64,000 bases of DNA from an uncultured Cryomorphaceae bacterium (GTDB lineage Bacteria > Bacteroidota > Bacteroidia > Flavobacteriales_D > Cryomorphaceae), in assembly GCA_964635965.1 (NCBI GenBank), contig CAZWQX010000001.1, positions 18,014 to 82,013 of the forward strand. Direction: 5' to 3'. Below, in pieces: positions 18,503 through 28,863 of the stretch. The position numbers were made by a program, and so were the translations under genes. Position 1 is the first letter of the stretch. Each line of letters begins with the position of its first letter. The notes under the pieces were generated by a model. The model saw only the letters and a list, made by a program, of their open reading frames with translations. It was not told the origin of the DNA and did not search any database.

Positions 18503-20461
18503 ATGTCGGCAGTTATTTCAGAAGACCAGATTTATTGTCCTAATCCAGTAGCCTACGATCGATTTGTCACTCGATCCGTTAAAATTGGATCGATTGAAAT
18601 GGGAGGAGATAACCCTATTCGCGTTCAATCGATGACCACAACGGACACCATGGACACCGATGCGACCATTGAACAGTCTATCCGAATGATAGAGGTGGGT
18701 TGCGAATTGGTTAGAATTACCGCTCCGAGTAAAAAGGATGCGGAAAATTTAGGTCCGATTAAAGAAGGAATCCGCTCAAAAGGGTATGATACTCCTTTGG
18801 TGGCAGATATTCACTTTACCCCTAATGCAGCCGAAATTGCAGCTCGCATTGTTGAGAAGGTAAGGGTGAATCCAGGTAATTACGCCGATAAAAAGAAGTT
18901 CGAAACAATTGATTACACTGACGAAAGCTACCTGGCAGAGTTAGATAGAATTCGCGAGCGTTTTACCCCTTTGGTGAAGATCTGTAAGGAAGAAGGTACA
19001 GCAATGAGAATTGGAACCAACCATGGCTCATTAAGTGACCGAATTCTGAGTAGATACGGAGATACCCCATTGGGAATGGTTGAATCGGCTATGGAGTTTT
19101 TACGCATTTGCCGTGATAACGATTTTCACGAGTTGGTTTTGAGTATGAAAGCCAGTAATCCTCAGGTGATGGTTCAAGCTTATCGACTGCTGGTGAATCA
19201 CATGATGGCAGAAGGTATGAACTATCCCTTACACCTCGGAGTAACAGAGGCCGGTGAAGGTGAGGACGGCAGAATAAAATCTGCTGTAGGGATTGGCACC
19301 TTATTAGAAGACGGGCTTGGGGATACTGTGAGGGTAAGCTTGACCGAAGAACCTGAAGAGGAAATTCCTGTTGCTCGTGTCTTAGTTGATAGATATGAGA
19401 ATCGAAAAGGTCATGATGAAATTCCTGAAATTCAAAATAACCCCATTGGCCCATTTGAATACAATCGAAGGAATTCGCGAAAGGTGCTAAACGTAGGAGG
19501 AGGCCAAGTACCAATAGTATTTGGTGATTTATCTGCCAAGGACTCCATCTCTCCTGCTTCCTTTTTTGCCTTTGGATATAATTACAGTGTTCCCTTGGAT
19601 AAATGGAACCTGAGCGATCAGGCTGCAGATTTCATTTACGTTGGCCATAACAAAATAGAATTTGAAATTCCGGGAACCTTAGGGGTAGTGATGGATGAAG
19701 ATGCGTGGAGGTCGGAATCATCAAAACCAAGGACCTTTCCCATGATTACGGCTGAATCATTTGCGCAAAACGGCGAGCTATCCGAGTCTATGAACTTTAT
19801 CCTGGCTAAGGATGAAAACGCATTTGATTCAGACTTTCTGGAGAAAATTAATAAGGCTAAGAACTCCATCCTCGTCCTGACAACGGATAATGAACATGCG
19901 ATGCCTTCATTGAGGCGAGCATTTATCGAGTTGATGAACCATCAAATTGATGTCCCTGTAGTTATCGCACGTAGCTTTAACAAAATCGACAAAGAAGAAT
20001 TCAGAATTTACGCTTCAACGGATGCAGGTGGACTTCTTCTCGATGGTTTAGGAGATGGTATTTGGATTAAAGCCGAAGGAGTTGATTCAAGAACTTCCAA
20101 CTCCTTGAGTTTTGGTATCCTTCAAGCAACTCGAACCAGGATTAGTAAAACCGAATATATCTCATGCCCTTCTTGCGGAAGAACCCTATTTGATCTTCAG
20201 GAAACTACGGCTAAGATTAGGGCTAGAACTGAACACTTGAAGGGTGTCAAGATTGGCATCATGGGATGTATTGTTAACGGTCCGGGAGAAATGGCAGATG
20301 CCGATTATGGCTATGTTGGGACTGGAGTCGGAAAAATCACTCTTTACAAAGAGAAAGAGGTTGTAAAACGTAACGTTCCATCCGAGGATGCAGTGGATGA
20401 GCTCATCAATCTCATTAGGGAACATGGAGACTGGATCGAGCCGAAAGAGGTTGGAGTTTGA
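18503..20461 (+). CDS. ispG: (E)-4-hydroxy-3-methylbut-2-enyl-diphosphate synthase, long form
   Basis: VQSMTTT, ADIHF, RVNPGN, RIGTNHGS, HLGVTEAG, SCPSCGR...MGCIVNGPGE; internal extra domain. Confidence 0.96.
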   Translation: MSAVISEDQIYCPNPVAYDRFVTRSVKIGSIEMGGDNPIRVQSMTTTDTMDTDATIEQSIRMIEVGCELVRITAPSKKDAENLGPIKEGIRSKGYDTPLVADIHFTPNAAEIAARIVEKVRVNPGNYADKKKFETIDYTDESYLAELDRIRERFTPLVKICKEEGTAMRIGTNHGSLSDRILSRYGDTPLGMVESAMEFLRICRDNDFHELVLSMKASNPQVMVQAYRLLVNHMMAEGMNYPLHLGVTEAGEGEDGRIKSAVGIGTLLEDGLGDTVRVSLTEEPEEEIPVARVLVDRYENRKGHDEIPEIQNNPIGPFEYNRRNSRKVLNVGGGQVPIVFGDLSAKDSISPASFFAFGYNYSVPLDKWNLSDQAADFIYVGHNKIEFEIPGTLGVVMDEDAWRSESSKPRTFPMITAESFAQNGELSESMNFILAKDENAFDSDFLEKINKAKNSILVLTTDNEHAMPSLRRAFIELMNHQIDVPVVIARSFNKIDKEEFRIYASTDAGGLLLDGLGDGIWIKAEGVDSRTSNSLSFGILQATRTRISKTEYISCPSCGRTLFDLQETTAKIRARTEHLKGVKIGIMGCIVNGPGEMADADYGYVGTGVGKITLYKEKEVVKRNVPSEDAVDELINLIREHGDWIEPKEVGV

Positions 20462-21105
20462 AAGTCGTTGTTGCTGGCGGAACAGGGCTCATCGGCAGCT
20501 TTCTCTTAAAAATTCTTGAGTCTTCTTCAGAAATTGAAACCGTCAGGGCCCTGACCAGAAGAGAGCAAAGATCTCAAGGTATGATAGACTGGCGCACCAC
20601 AGATTTTGAGAATACAGATCAACTGGAAAAGGCCTGTCAGGGTGCTAAACTGGCCTTTTGCTGCCTGGGTACCACAATTAGAAAAGCCGGTTCACAAAAA
20701 GCCTTTATCAAAGTAGATCACGAATTCGTGATTGCTTTTGCCAGAGCAGCCAAATCAGAAGGCATCAAATCTTTTGGTGTCGTGAGCGCCATTGGAAGCA
20801 ATCCAGAATCGGGAATATTCTATAATCGGGTAAAAGGCCAAATGGAAAAGGAGCTTAGCCAGATCGGATTTGAAAGTTTGACAATCATGCATCCTTCCAT
20901 TCTGCTTGGACCGCGAAAAGAATTTCGATTTGGTGAGAAAATAGGAAGCTTCTTTATGAGGCTGTTTACTCCACTAATGAATGGATCGTTCAGGAAGTAC
21001 CGACCCATCCATGTTCGAGAAGTTGCCAAAGGCATGTTTTATCATGTTAAGAAAGCAAGACCAGGGGTGAATCATATCGAATACGACGATATGATGAACA
21101 CGTAA
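20458..21105 (+). CDS. NAD(P)-binding Rossmann-fold protein (atypical SDR)
   Basis: AGGTGLIG, CCLGTT, VDHEFV, YNRVKGQME, HPSILLG. Confidence 0.8.
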   Translation: MKVVVAGGTGLIGSFLLKILESSSEIETVRALTRREQRSQGMIDWRTTDFENTDQLEKACQGAKLAFCCLGTTIRKAGSQKAFIKVDHEFVIAFARAAKSEGIKSFGVVSAIGSNPESGIFYNRVKGQMEKELSQIGFESLTIMHPSILLGPRKEFRFGEKIGSFFMRLFTPLMNGSFRKYRPIHVREVAKGMFYHVKKARPGVNHIEYDDMMNT

Positions 21106-22596
21106 TTACTGCTCTGAATTGTATAACTCCTCTCCTGCCTCGTAATACTTATCACCCTCTACCCAATACGGGCGATCTTCCATATTTCCTACCAACCGAC
21201 AAGCATGAACATAAGCCTTGGTGAACTTGTAGAGATATTCGTAATCTACAGAATCAGGATTATCTGCCGCCTGATGATAATACTTCAATAAAGTCTCATC
21301 GAATGCGGTCAATCCCAAGCTGTACATTATGGCAGGTACACCTTTTCGTGCAAAACTCACCTGATCCGAGCGATCAAAAAGGTTTTGATCAGGAACCGGA
21401 TCTTTAATCGCTTCAAGACCATAAGTTTCAACGGATTCCACTAGCTTATCCATAGCTGTAGTTCTTTCCAGTCCTACAATCGTGGTGATTTCGGTGTTGT
21501 TGTATCCCGCATTATCACTGTTGAAACACATCACAATGCTTTCAAGAGGGACTACAGGGTGTTCAACAAACCACTCACTTCCCAAAAGCCCTTTCTCTTC
21601 ACCGGTGAAGAAAATGAACATTGCGGTTCGATCCAGCGGATACTTTGCAATGTTGTTGGCAGCTTCTAAAACGGTGATGGTTCCAATGCCGTTGTCACGA
21701 GTTCCATTATATATGGTATCTCCAATTGCATCAGGTCGACCGAGACCGACATGATCGTAATGAGCTGAGTACACCACGATTTCATCCTTTAAACCAGGAT
21801 TGATCCCCTCAACCATACCAATTACGTTGTTCGCTGAGAACTTCTCGATTCGCAATCCCCCAACATTTAGTGACGCCTTCCCTTTTATCGAAGAGAAAAA
21901 CTCATCCTTGTTCTTGGCTGAATCATCTAGCCATAAATGGGGAATACCTTTGTCTTCTTCCTCGCCCATATCAAGCGATATTGAAGGGCCTCCAATGTAA
22001 TTCTTAATCAGCTGCCAACTGATTTGAGTTGAGGTATAGAGTTCTACTAAGGCAAGAGCGCCTTTTTCGGCTGCTCTTTCCCTTTTCTCGCGACCTGCAT
22101 AAAACGCTTTTCGAACATTTGGTTCACCTTTTTCCCCTAGCCGGACAACTGCTATTTTCCCTTCTACTTTCGTTTTTTCAAAATCTTCCTCACTTCCATA
22201 ATTCAGAAAAACCACCTTTGCCTCAATATCCTTTGAGTCACCATCCAAGAGAACGATATCCTCGCCGAGTGCAAAGGTCGAATCCTTTGCAACAAACTGT
22301 CCGTCATTCGGAGGTGTGACCTTCTTAAATTGAACCGACTGATGATAGCTCTCCATTCCGGGAGCCATTTTAACGCCCCATTCCTTCATTCTGGTAGAAA
22401 GGTATTTTGCCGCAATATCCTGTTCAGGGGAAGGTGTGTCCCGTCCTTTCAATTCATCTGAGGCGATGAATTCAATTTTCGCCTGTACCCCTGAAGGCGT
22501 AACGGTTTCTTCAACAATCTCTTGAACCGTTTGGGCACGGGTTCCGAGAACTATAAAGAGACCAAAGAGGAAAGTGCAGATTGACTTGAGCGACAT
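21106..22596 (-). CDS. M28 family peptidase with PA domain
   Basis: SAHYDH, NGTRDNG, TGEEKGLLGS, RSDQVSF, YHQAAD; start set at ATG 22596. Confidence 0.88.
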   Translation of the reverse strand: MSLKSICTFLFGLFIVLGTRAQTVQEIVEETVTPSGVQAKIEFIASDELKGRDTPSPEQDIAAKYLSTRMKEWGVKMAPGMESYHQSVQFKKVTPPNDGQFVAKDSTFALGEDIVLLDGDSKDIEAKVVFLNYGSEEDFEKTKVEGKIAVVRLGEKGEPNVRKAFYAGREKRERAAEKGALALVELYTSTQISWQLIKNYIGGPSISLDMGEEEDKGIPHLWLDDSAKNKDEFFSSIKGKASLNVGGLRIEKFSANNVIGMVEGINPGLKDEIVVYSAHYDHVGLGRPDAIGDTIYNGTRDNGIGTITVLEAANNIAKYPLDRTAMFIFFTGEEKGLLGSEWFVEHPVVPLESIVMCFNSDNAGYNNTEITTIVGLERTTAMDKLVESVETYGLEAIKDPVPDQNLFDRSDQVSFARKGVPAIMYSLGLTAFDETLLKYYHQAADNPDSVDYEYLYKFTKAYVHACRLVGNMEDRPYWVEGDKYYEAGEELYNSEQ

Positions 22597-22651
22597 AACT
22601 AAGAAGTTGGAAAAGTGAGTCGCGAAAGTAGGAAAAACCAACGAGGTCTTC

Positions 22652-22939
22652 CTATTTGCCTAAGTACGCAGAGATATCATTCACGTATTTCTCAAAAGCA
22701 TCTCTCCCCTTTTTAGTCAAGGAAACTTGGGTATTGGGGTAGTTATTCTTAAATGATTTTTTGATTTTGATATAGTCGGCATCCGCCAATTTTTTCAATT
22801 GTGCACTTAAATTTCCCTGTGTGGCATTGGTCTCTTCCTTTATAAATCCAAACTCAGCAGACTCCAAGCCGATTAATAAGCTGACAACAGCCAATCGTAA
22901 TTGAGAATGTAGCACCGGATCAAGCGGAGTAAATGCCAT
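22652..22939 (-). CDS. Winged-helix transcriptional regulator (MarR/ArsR-like)
   Basis: LDPVLHSQLRLAVVSLL, TQGNLSAQLKKL, TKKGRDAF. Confidence 0.85.
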   Translation of the reverse strand: MAFTPLDPVLHSQLRLAVVSLLIGLESAEFGFIKEETNATQGNLSAQLKKLADADYIKIKKSFKNNYPNTQVSLTKKGRDAFEKYVNDISAYLGK

Positions 22940-22940
22940 A

Positions 22941-23513
22941 TTAAGCTCTCTTTAAAAGATAGGCGGGGACAAGGTAACTTCCGAGAATACTCAAGGCAAG
23001 AAATAACAACATTGTTCCAGGGTTGGACGTAAGCTTAAGAATCAAGGCCAAGAAGGAAAGAACGAAACTGAAAATACCTCCAAGAACCAATGGCCTAAAA
23101 CGTAGAATCCCACCCGAAACGGTCGTACCCATTCCATACAAAGCAATAATAAAAGCATAGGAAGATCCCCAAGACAATCCTCCCATTCCCGTGAATAACA
23201 GTATAATAAAAAGCAGCGCCGACCAAGCTGACCATAAGTAAGCCAAGGATCGATCAGCATAAGTCATTGTCCGCTTCGATGAAGCCATTCGCGAGCTTTT
23301 GAAAATTGTCAAGGTAACCGCTACCAATATGGCAATCGGCCAAACCATGAAGTGATATTCAAATTCGAAGAAAATAAGCGCTACATACTCAATAGAGGAA
23401 GCCAAAAAAATGCTCCAGCCCCAGATCATGTAAAAGCCTGATTGCTCGCGAAGGTTGCTCTTCGTTCTGTCAAGCATACTTACAATAATTTCTAAACTCT
23501 CTTTTTCGGTCAT
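22941..23513 (-). CDS. Hypothetical multi-pass membrane protein
   Basis: About six hydrophobic helices; 1 bp from the regulator, so probably one operon. Confidence 0.7.
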   Translation of the reverse strand: MTEKESLEIIVSMLDRTKSNLREQSGFYMIWGWSIFLASSIEYVALIFFEFEYHFMVWPIAILVAVTLTIFKSSRMASSKRTMTYADRSLAYLWSAWSALLFIILLFTGMGGLSWGSSYAFIIALYGMGTTVSGGILRFRPLVLGGIFSFVLSFLALILKLTSNPGTMLLFLALSILGSYLVPAYLLKRA

Positions 23514-23575
23514 TTTAGTTTAATTTTAATTCAAATGTAGTTTAGTTTACTTTATAAACCAAATAATGAAAAAAA

Positions 23576-24817
23576 TTAGCTCAGCTCATCCGACTGAATT
23601 TGGTCGAGAATGACATTCAAACTATCACTTTTGGTTTTAAATATTGTTGAATATTGTTGAGGGATAGGGTCACCTGACGGCAGGTCTTGCCGATATGGAT
23701 CGACTTGCTTACCATTAACCCAAAAACGATAACATACATGAGGGCCCGTAGCCAATCCTGTTGATCCCACATAACCAATCACATCTCCCTGCCTTACAAA
23801 TTCACCTTTCTTAGCCTCCCTTTTAGACATGTGCAGATATTGCGTGGTATAAGTACTATTATGTCTAATCTTCACATAATTGCCATTGTATTTACCATAT
23901 GCTGAAGCTATCACTTCTCCGTCGGCGGTGGCAACTATTGGTGTGCCCCTCGGAGCGGCATAATCCGTCCCTAAGTGGGCTTTCCACCTCTTTTGAACAG
24001 GGTGATAACGCTTCATTGTATATCTCGATGAGATCCGAGAAAATTTGACCGGTGCCTTTAAAAAAGCTCTTCGAAGATTCTCACCTTCCTCATCATAATA
24101 TTCGCTCAGCTCCCCCTCCTCAAACAGAAAGCCTTTAAATACCTCATCCCTGTGCCCGAATTCGGCTGCAATAATTTCCCCGACTCCTATCCTTCTCCCT
24201 TCGACAAATAATTCTTCAAAGATGACTTTAAAATAATCCCCTTTTTGAATTCTATAAAAGTCTACGGTCCAAGCGTAGATTACGCTCAACTCCATCGCCA
24301 ATTCAATGGGTAGGTCGTTATCGGCAATTGTCTGATATAAGGAACTATTAATTACTCCTCCTGCCTCACGCAAACGCCTCTCAATAGGTTTCTTGCCCAA
24401 ATAAGCCGAAATGGTATCATTCAACTGATATACCACATAATTCGCAGGACCTGTCTCTACAACAAAATAACTCGCTTGCTCCGTGCTATCTCGGTTCGTA
24501 AAAACTGCATACTTATCTCCTGCTTTTAACTTTCGTACATCATGCACGTCTTTGCTCACCGACTCAAGAGTCGCAATATTCGCGTAAGGAACTCCGTAGC
24601 CCAATAAAATATCGGCAAGGAATTGATTGGGTTTGATAGTTCCCTCATGAATCTTGTAGGCATTCTCTTCTATCCCGTATCTCATGGGAATTTCATCTGC
24701 CTCAATAGAAACATCCTCGGCTTTTAAATCCTCATTTGTTTTTACCTCGCTCGAACAGGAGGCGAATCCCATAAGGATCACGAATAGAAAAAGGGGAAAA
24801 GAAGTGCACCACTTCAT
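23576..24817 (-). CDS. M23 family peptidoglycan endopeptidase (MepM-like lipoprotein)
   Basis: Lipobox FASC, HLGTDYAA, YLHMS, TGPHVCY. Confidence 0.9.
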   Translation of the reverse strand: MKWCTSFPLFLFVILMGFASCSSEVKTNEDLKAEDVSIEADEIPMRYGIEENAYKIHEGTIKPNQFLADILLGYGVPYANIATLESVSKDVHDVRKLKAGDKYAVFTNRDSTEQASYFVVETGPANYVVYQLNDTISAYLGKKPIERRLREAGGVINSSLYQTIADNDLPIELAMELSVIYAWTVDFYRIQKGDYFKVIFEELFVEGRRIGVGEIIAAEFGHRDEVFKGFLFEEGELSEYYDEEGENLRRAFLKAPVKFSRISSRYTMKRYHPVQKRWKAHLGTDYAAPRGTPIVATADGEVIASAYGKYNGNYVKIRHNSTYTTQYLHMSKREAKKGEFVRQGDVIGYVGSTGLATGPHVCYRFWVNGKQVDPYRQDLPSGDPIPQQYSTIFKTKSDSLNVILDQIQSDELS

Positions 24818-24847
24818 ATGGTGCGAATATAAAAATGGAGATTCAAA

Positions 24848-25666
24848 TCAGTCGACTTTGGCAATAGGGTTTGAGATTTTATCGTATTCAACCAATTCCA
24901 TTTTGATAGATCCAACCAGAACTTTTGCCTTCGCCAGCACGGGAATCTTGTTTTCGTCATCCGTAATCCAAACGGTCATATCCTCTTCTTTTTCGAATAT
25001 ACGTCCCTCCTGAACAACCGGAACAAATTTTAAACATCGATATGTTCCCGTGCGGGATTTTAGCTGTTCCCTTCCCAAAAATTTTATCATCAAAGGGTAT
25101 TCTTCTTCATCAACAAATGTTGGTATGGTGAAGATATCCCCTGGTTTAGCGGAAGAGAAGTCGATTGTTCGGGCATAGTAAAAGGATGAAAGCATGTCCT
25201 GAGACATAGCAGGGATTTTAAACGTATCGCCTTTATGGGTGCTGACAGCTGATTGAAATTGATGAAAACGATAGTTTTCGTCCTTGGAATAACCACCTTC
25301 TCGAACTTGACGAACAAATTCCCAAGGTACAATTGTCTCGCGGTCCAAATAAGTCTCGTATCTGTCTCTGACCTTATAAAACCAGTTAAAAGCACCTAAG
25401 GTGCGACCGGTCCCAACCACGTGATAAGCGTCTCTCCCATCAAACTTTCTGCTGCTTCGGTAAACCTTAAGTTCGGCCTCACCCGCATCGATGATTCCAT
25501 AATGAAGCCTGAATCTGAGGTACTCTCCTTCAGCAAAAGCCTGTTGCCCAATATCGGGAAGACTAATTGCGGGAAGGGTGTCAAGGCTCGCTTTCGGCGG
25601 CTTAACCTGTGAAAAAGCAAAACCTGCAATTAAGAAGGCACAAACGAAGAGAACAATTCTTTTCAT
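24848..25666 (-). CDS. DUF3108 domain protein
   Basis: AFAEGEYLRFRLHYG, FYKVRDRYE, DMLSSFYYAR, WITDDENKIPV. Confidence 0.78.
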   Translation of the reverse strand: MKRIVLFVCAFLIAGFAFSQVKPPKASLDTLPAISLPDIGQQAFAEGEYLRFRLHYGIIDAGEAELKVYRSSRKFDGRDAYHVVGTGRTLGAFNWFYKVRDRYETYLDRETIVPWEFVRQVREGGYSKDENYRFHQFQSAVSTHKGDTFKIPAMSQDMLSSFYYARTIDFSSAKPGDIFTIPTFVDEEEYPLMIKFLGREQLKSRTGTYRCLKFVPVVQEGRIFEKEEDMTVWITDDENKIPVLAKAKVLVGSIKMELVEYDKISNPIAKVD

Positions 25667-25741
25667 GCAGTGATTAGGTCAAATTCCATTCCAAAACGTT
25701 GAATTCCCTTATTCCATTGCCTTTATATGGACCATTTAGTT

Positions 25742-28700
25742 CTAGAGTACAACGTTTACGATTCTCTTTGGAACAACTATTACTTTCTTAGGTGTTTTGC
25801 CATCCAAATACTTGGCTGCTTCAGCCGAATCTAAAACTGCTCGCTCCACTTCTTCTTTTGGTAAATCAGCCGCTAAAGCCAGCTTAAATCTCATTTTTCC
25901 GTTAAAAGATACAGGATACTCAAACTCATCATCTTCCAAATATTTAGCCTCGAACTTCGGCCAAGGCTGTGCCAAAACGGAATCTGAATTCCCTGCCTTT
26001 TCCCATATCTCTTCTGCAAAATGCGGAGCGTAAGGAGATATTAATATTGCGAGTTTTTCAATCGACCACCTTGATGTTTCATCGATGGCTGTCAATTCAT
26101 TCACCGCAATCATTAAAGTACTCACAACGGTATTCCATGAAAGCCGCTCGAGATCATCTGTTACTTTTTTGATGCAGCGATGGACCGTCTGGAGCTCTTT
26201 CTTGGAAGGATCTCCCTCATTTAGCTCAACATTCCCTTCCTGATTGTGAATCAACCGCCAAAACTTTCGCAAAAAGTTATGCACTCCACTAATCCCCTGT
26301 GTATCCCAGGGTTTGGACTGCTCCACCGGTCCCAGAAACATCTCGTACATTCTCAATGTGTCGGCACCGTACTCATCACATAATGAATCGGGAGTAACAA
26401 CATTATACCAGCGCTTAGACATCTTTTCGATTTCGTGTCCACAAACCATTTTTCCCTGCTGATTAGGGATAATATAAGCATCTGCATACTGTTTTCTCCA
26501 ACTTCTAAACCCTTCAATATCAAGGATATCATTATCGACCAAATTAACATCGACGTGGATTGGAGTGACGGTAAATTCAGCTGTAGCATTACTGGTATCC
26601 ATTCCACTGATTTCTTTTAGCTGCTCATGGAGTAGAATTTGAAGTTTGTGAATTACCTCTTGCCTATTCTCTGTGAGATAACCATGTTTCTTCCAATCAT
26701 CATAAATCTCTTTTGAGACGAATATTTCAGGAAAATATCTTGGAGAAGGAAGGTCTTCACCGTTAGAAAAACCAGGTATATCATAGTTGATGATATCCAA
26801 GCGATAAACCAAACTCGACCGTCCAAGAATCATCCCTTGATTGATCATTTTGGAAAAAGGCTCATCAAAATCAATACGGCCAAGATCATGTAAAAACTTT
26901 GTCCAAAAACGCGAATAGAGCAAATGTCCCGTTGCATGCTCCGAGCCACCGATATACAAATCAACCGATCCCCAGTATTTCGCCTTTTCCTCCGAAAACG
27001 GTGCTTCTGAATTCGCAGGATCCATATAACGTAGGAAGTACCAAGAAGAACCCGCCCAGCCAGGCATAGTATTGTATTCCATCCTATCACCTTTAAAAAT
27101 TGGCCAGTCCTCTTTTTTAGCTCTCGCCAAAGGCGGCTCACCTGTTTCGGTTGGCAAGTATTTATCGATAGGAGGCAAAGTCAGCGGCAATTCATCTTCT
27201 CCTAACAATTTCGGGAGTCCATCTTCATAATAGACAGGGAAAGGCTCACCCCAGTAACGTTGACGAGAAAAAATGGCATCTCTTAATCGGTAATTCGTTT
27301 TACCATATCCAATCCTTTTTTCTTCCAATTCGAAGATGACGGTGTCCATGGCTTTCTCATATCCCATTCCAGTTAAGAAAGCCGATTCAACCAATTTGGC
27401 CTCTTTACCGGGATATGCATCTTCGGATACATCCTTTCCGTCAAAAATATTCGGAATCGGCAAGTCAAATTTTTGAGCAAAAGCGTGGTCGCGTTCGTCT
27501 CCCGAAGGCACGGCCATAACAGCCCCCGTTCCATATCCCGCCAGAACGTAGTCTGCGATCCATACAGGTATATTCTCTCCGGAAAATGGATGCTTGGCAT
27601 AGGCGCCGGTAAATTCCCCGCTTACCGTTTTCACTTCACTCTGTCGTTCTCTTTCCGATTTAGCCATGCTCTTTTTGACATAAGCTTCCACGGCCTCACG
27701 CCTGTCTTCTGATGTAATCGATTTTACCAACTCGTGTTCAGGTGCCAACACCATGAAACTAACTCCGAAAATTGTGTCTGGTCTGGTTGTAAAAACGTCG
27801 ATATGACCCGGGTGATCCGCGAGCATGAATCGCACCATTGCCCCTTTGGATTTTCCGATCCAGTTTCGTTGCATTTCCTTAATTGAGTCTTGCCAATCAA
27901 CTGAATTCAACCCTTCCAAAAGACGATCCGCATATGCGGTAATTCGAAGGCTCCACTGTTTCATGAGGCGCTGCTCAACAGGATGTCCACCCCTTTCGCT
28001 CAACCCATCTTTTACTTCATCATTAGCTAATACCGTTCCAAGAGCTTCACACCAATTCACCCAGGTTTCGCTCAGATAGGCCAAACGGAAATGACTCAAC
28101 ACTTCCTCCTTTTGGGCATGGGTCAGGACTTTCCAATCCGTTGCTGTCATTTCACCCACAAAGAATTCGCCAAACGGATATCCGCTCAGATCAAGGGCTT
28201 TGTACCAGTCGCGATCAACGAATGCTTCTACACCGTAAGTTCCGTTTTCTTCGAGTAACTCAATGAGACTTGAAATGCTCTCGGCTCTATTCGTTTTATT
28301 GTTATACCAGCTATTATAGAGTTGCACAAAAATCCATTGTGTCCATCGATAATACTCGGGATCACTGGTTCTCAGCTCTCTACTCCAGTCATAGTTAAAT
28401 CCCATTCTTTGAAGTTGCTCTTTGTAACGAGCAATATTCTCTTTGGTAGTGATTGCGGGGTGTTGCCCTGTTTGAATAGCATACTGTTCTGCAGGAAGAC
28501 CAAAAGAATCAAATCCCATAGGATGTAAAACATTGTATCCTAGGTGTCTTTTATACCTCGCTATCACATCAGAAGCGATGTATCCAAGGGGGTGTCCTAC
28601 ATGAAGCCCCGCACCTGATGGGTAAGGAAACATATCCAAAACGTAATACTTTTCCTTGTTGGGATCTTCGGAGACTTTATAAGCTTCTGTCTCTTTCCAA

Positions 28701-28744
28701 TGAGACTGCCACTTTGCTTCTATTTCCCTGAAATTATATTCCAT
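25742..28744 (-). CDS. leuS: Leucine--tRNA ligase
   Basis: MFPYPSGAGLHVGH, FTTRPDT editing motif, SRQRYWGEP, GGSEHA, KMSK(R). Confidence 0.97.
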   Translation of the reverse strand: MEYNFREIEAKWQSHWKETEAYKVSEDPNKEKYYVLDMFPYPSGAGLHVGHPLGYIASDVIARYKRHLGYNVLHPMGFDSFGLPAEQYAIQTGQHPAITTKENIARYKEQLQRMGFNYDWSRELRTSDPEYYRWTQWIFVQLYNSWYNNKTNRAESISSLIELLEENGTYGVEAFVDRDWYKALDLSGYPFGEFFVGEMTATDWKVLTHAQKEEVLSHFRLAYLSETWVNWCEALGTVLANDEVKDGLSERGGHPVEQRLMKQWSLRITAYADRLLEGLNSVDWQDSIKEMQRNWIGKSKGAMVRFMLADHPGHIDVFTTRPDTIFGVSFMVLAPEHELVKSITSEDRREAVEAYVKKSMAKSERERQSEVKTVSGEFTGAYAKHPFSGENIPVWIADYVLAGYGTGAVMAVPSGDERDHAFAQKFDLPIPNIFDGKDVSEDAYPGKEAKLVESAFLTGMGYEKAMDTVIFELEEKRIGYGKTNYRLRDAIFSRQRYWGEPFPVYYEDGLPKLLGEDELPLTLPPIDKYLPTETGEPPLARAKKEDWPIFKGDRMEYNTMPGWAGSSWYFLRYMDPANSEAPFSEEKAKYWGSVDLYIGGSEHATGHLLYSRFWTKFLHDLGRIDFDEPFSKMINQGMILGRSSLVYRLDIINYDIPGFSNGEDLPSPRYFPEIFVSKEIYDDWKKHGYLTENRQEVIHKLQILLHEQLKEISGMDTSNATAEFTVTPIHVDVNLVDNDILDIEGFRSWRKQYADAYIIPNQQGKMVCGHEIEKMSKRWYNVVTPDSLCDEYGADTLRMYEMFLGPVEQSKPWDTQGISGVHNFLRKFWRLIHNQEGNVELNEGDPSKKELQTVHRCIKKVTDDLERLSWNTVVSTLMIAVNELTAIDETSRWSIEKLAILISPYAPHFAEEIWEKAGNSDSVLAQPWPKFEAKYLEDDEFEYPVSFNGKMRFKLALAADLPKEEVERAVLDSAEAAKYLDGKTPKKVIVVPKRIVNVVL

Positions 28745-28764
28745 GTTTCTGCGTTAGAGAGCTG

Positions 28765-28772
28765 CAAATTTA
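28765..28772 (-). promoter_or_regulatory. -7 promoter element for leuS
   Basis: TAAATTTG on the minus strand, 20 nt upstream of the ATG. Confidence 0.55.
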
Positions 28773-28863
28773 TTAAATCCTGATGGTGGAATTGCTTTGT
28801 TTTATGCTTGATTTGAAAGGATTGATCAAGCAATTGGAAATATTTCTACTTTAGCCCTCCTCA

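Noticed and set aside
18503-20461. Long IspG (and the MurF-Alr fusion at 53799) as novelties
   Set aside because: Both architectures are established features of Bacteroidota.
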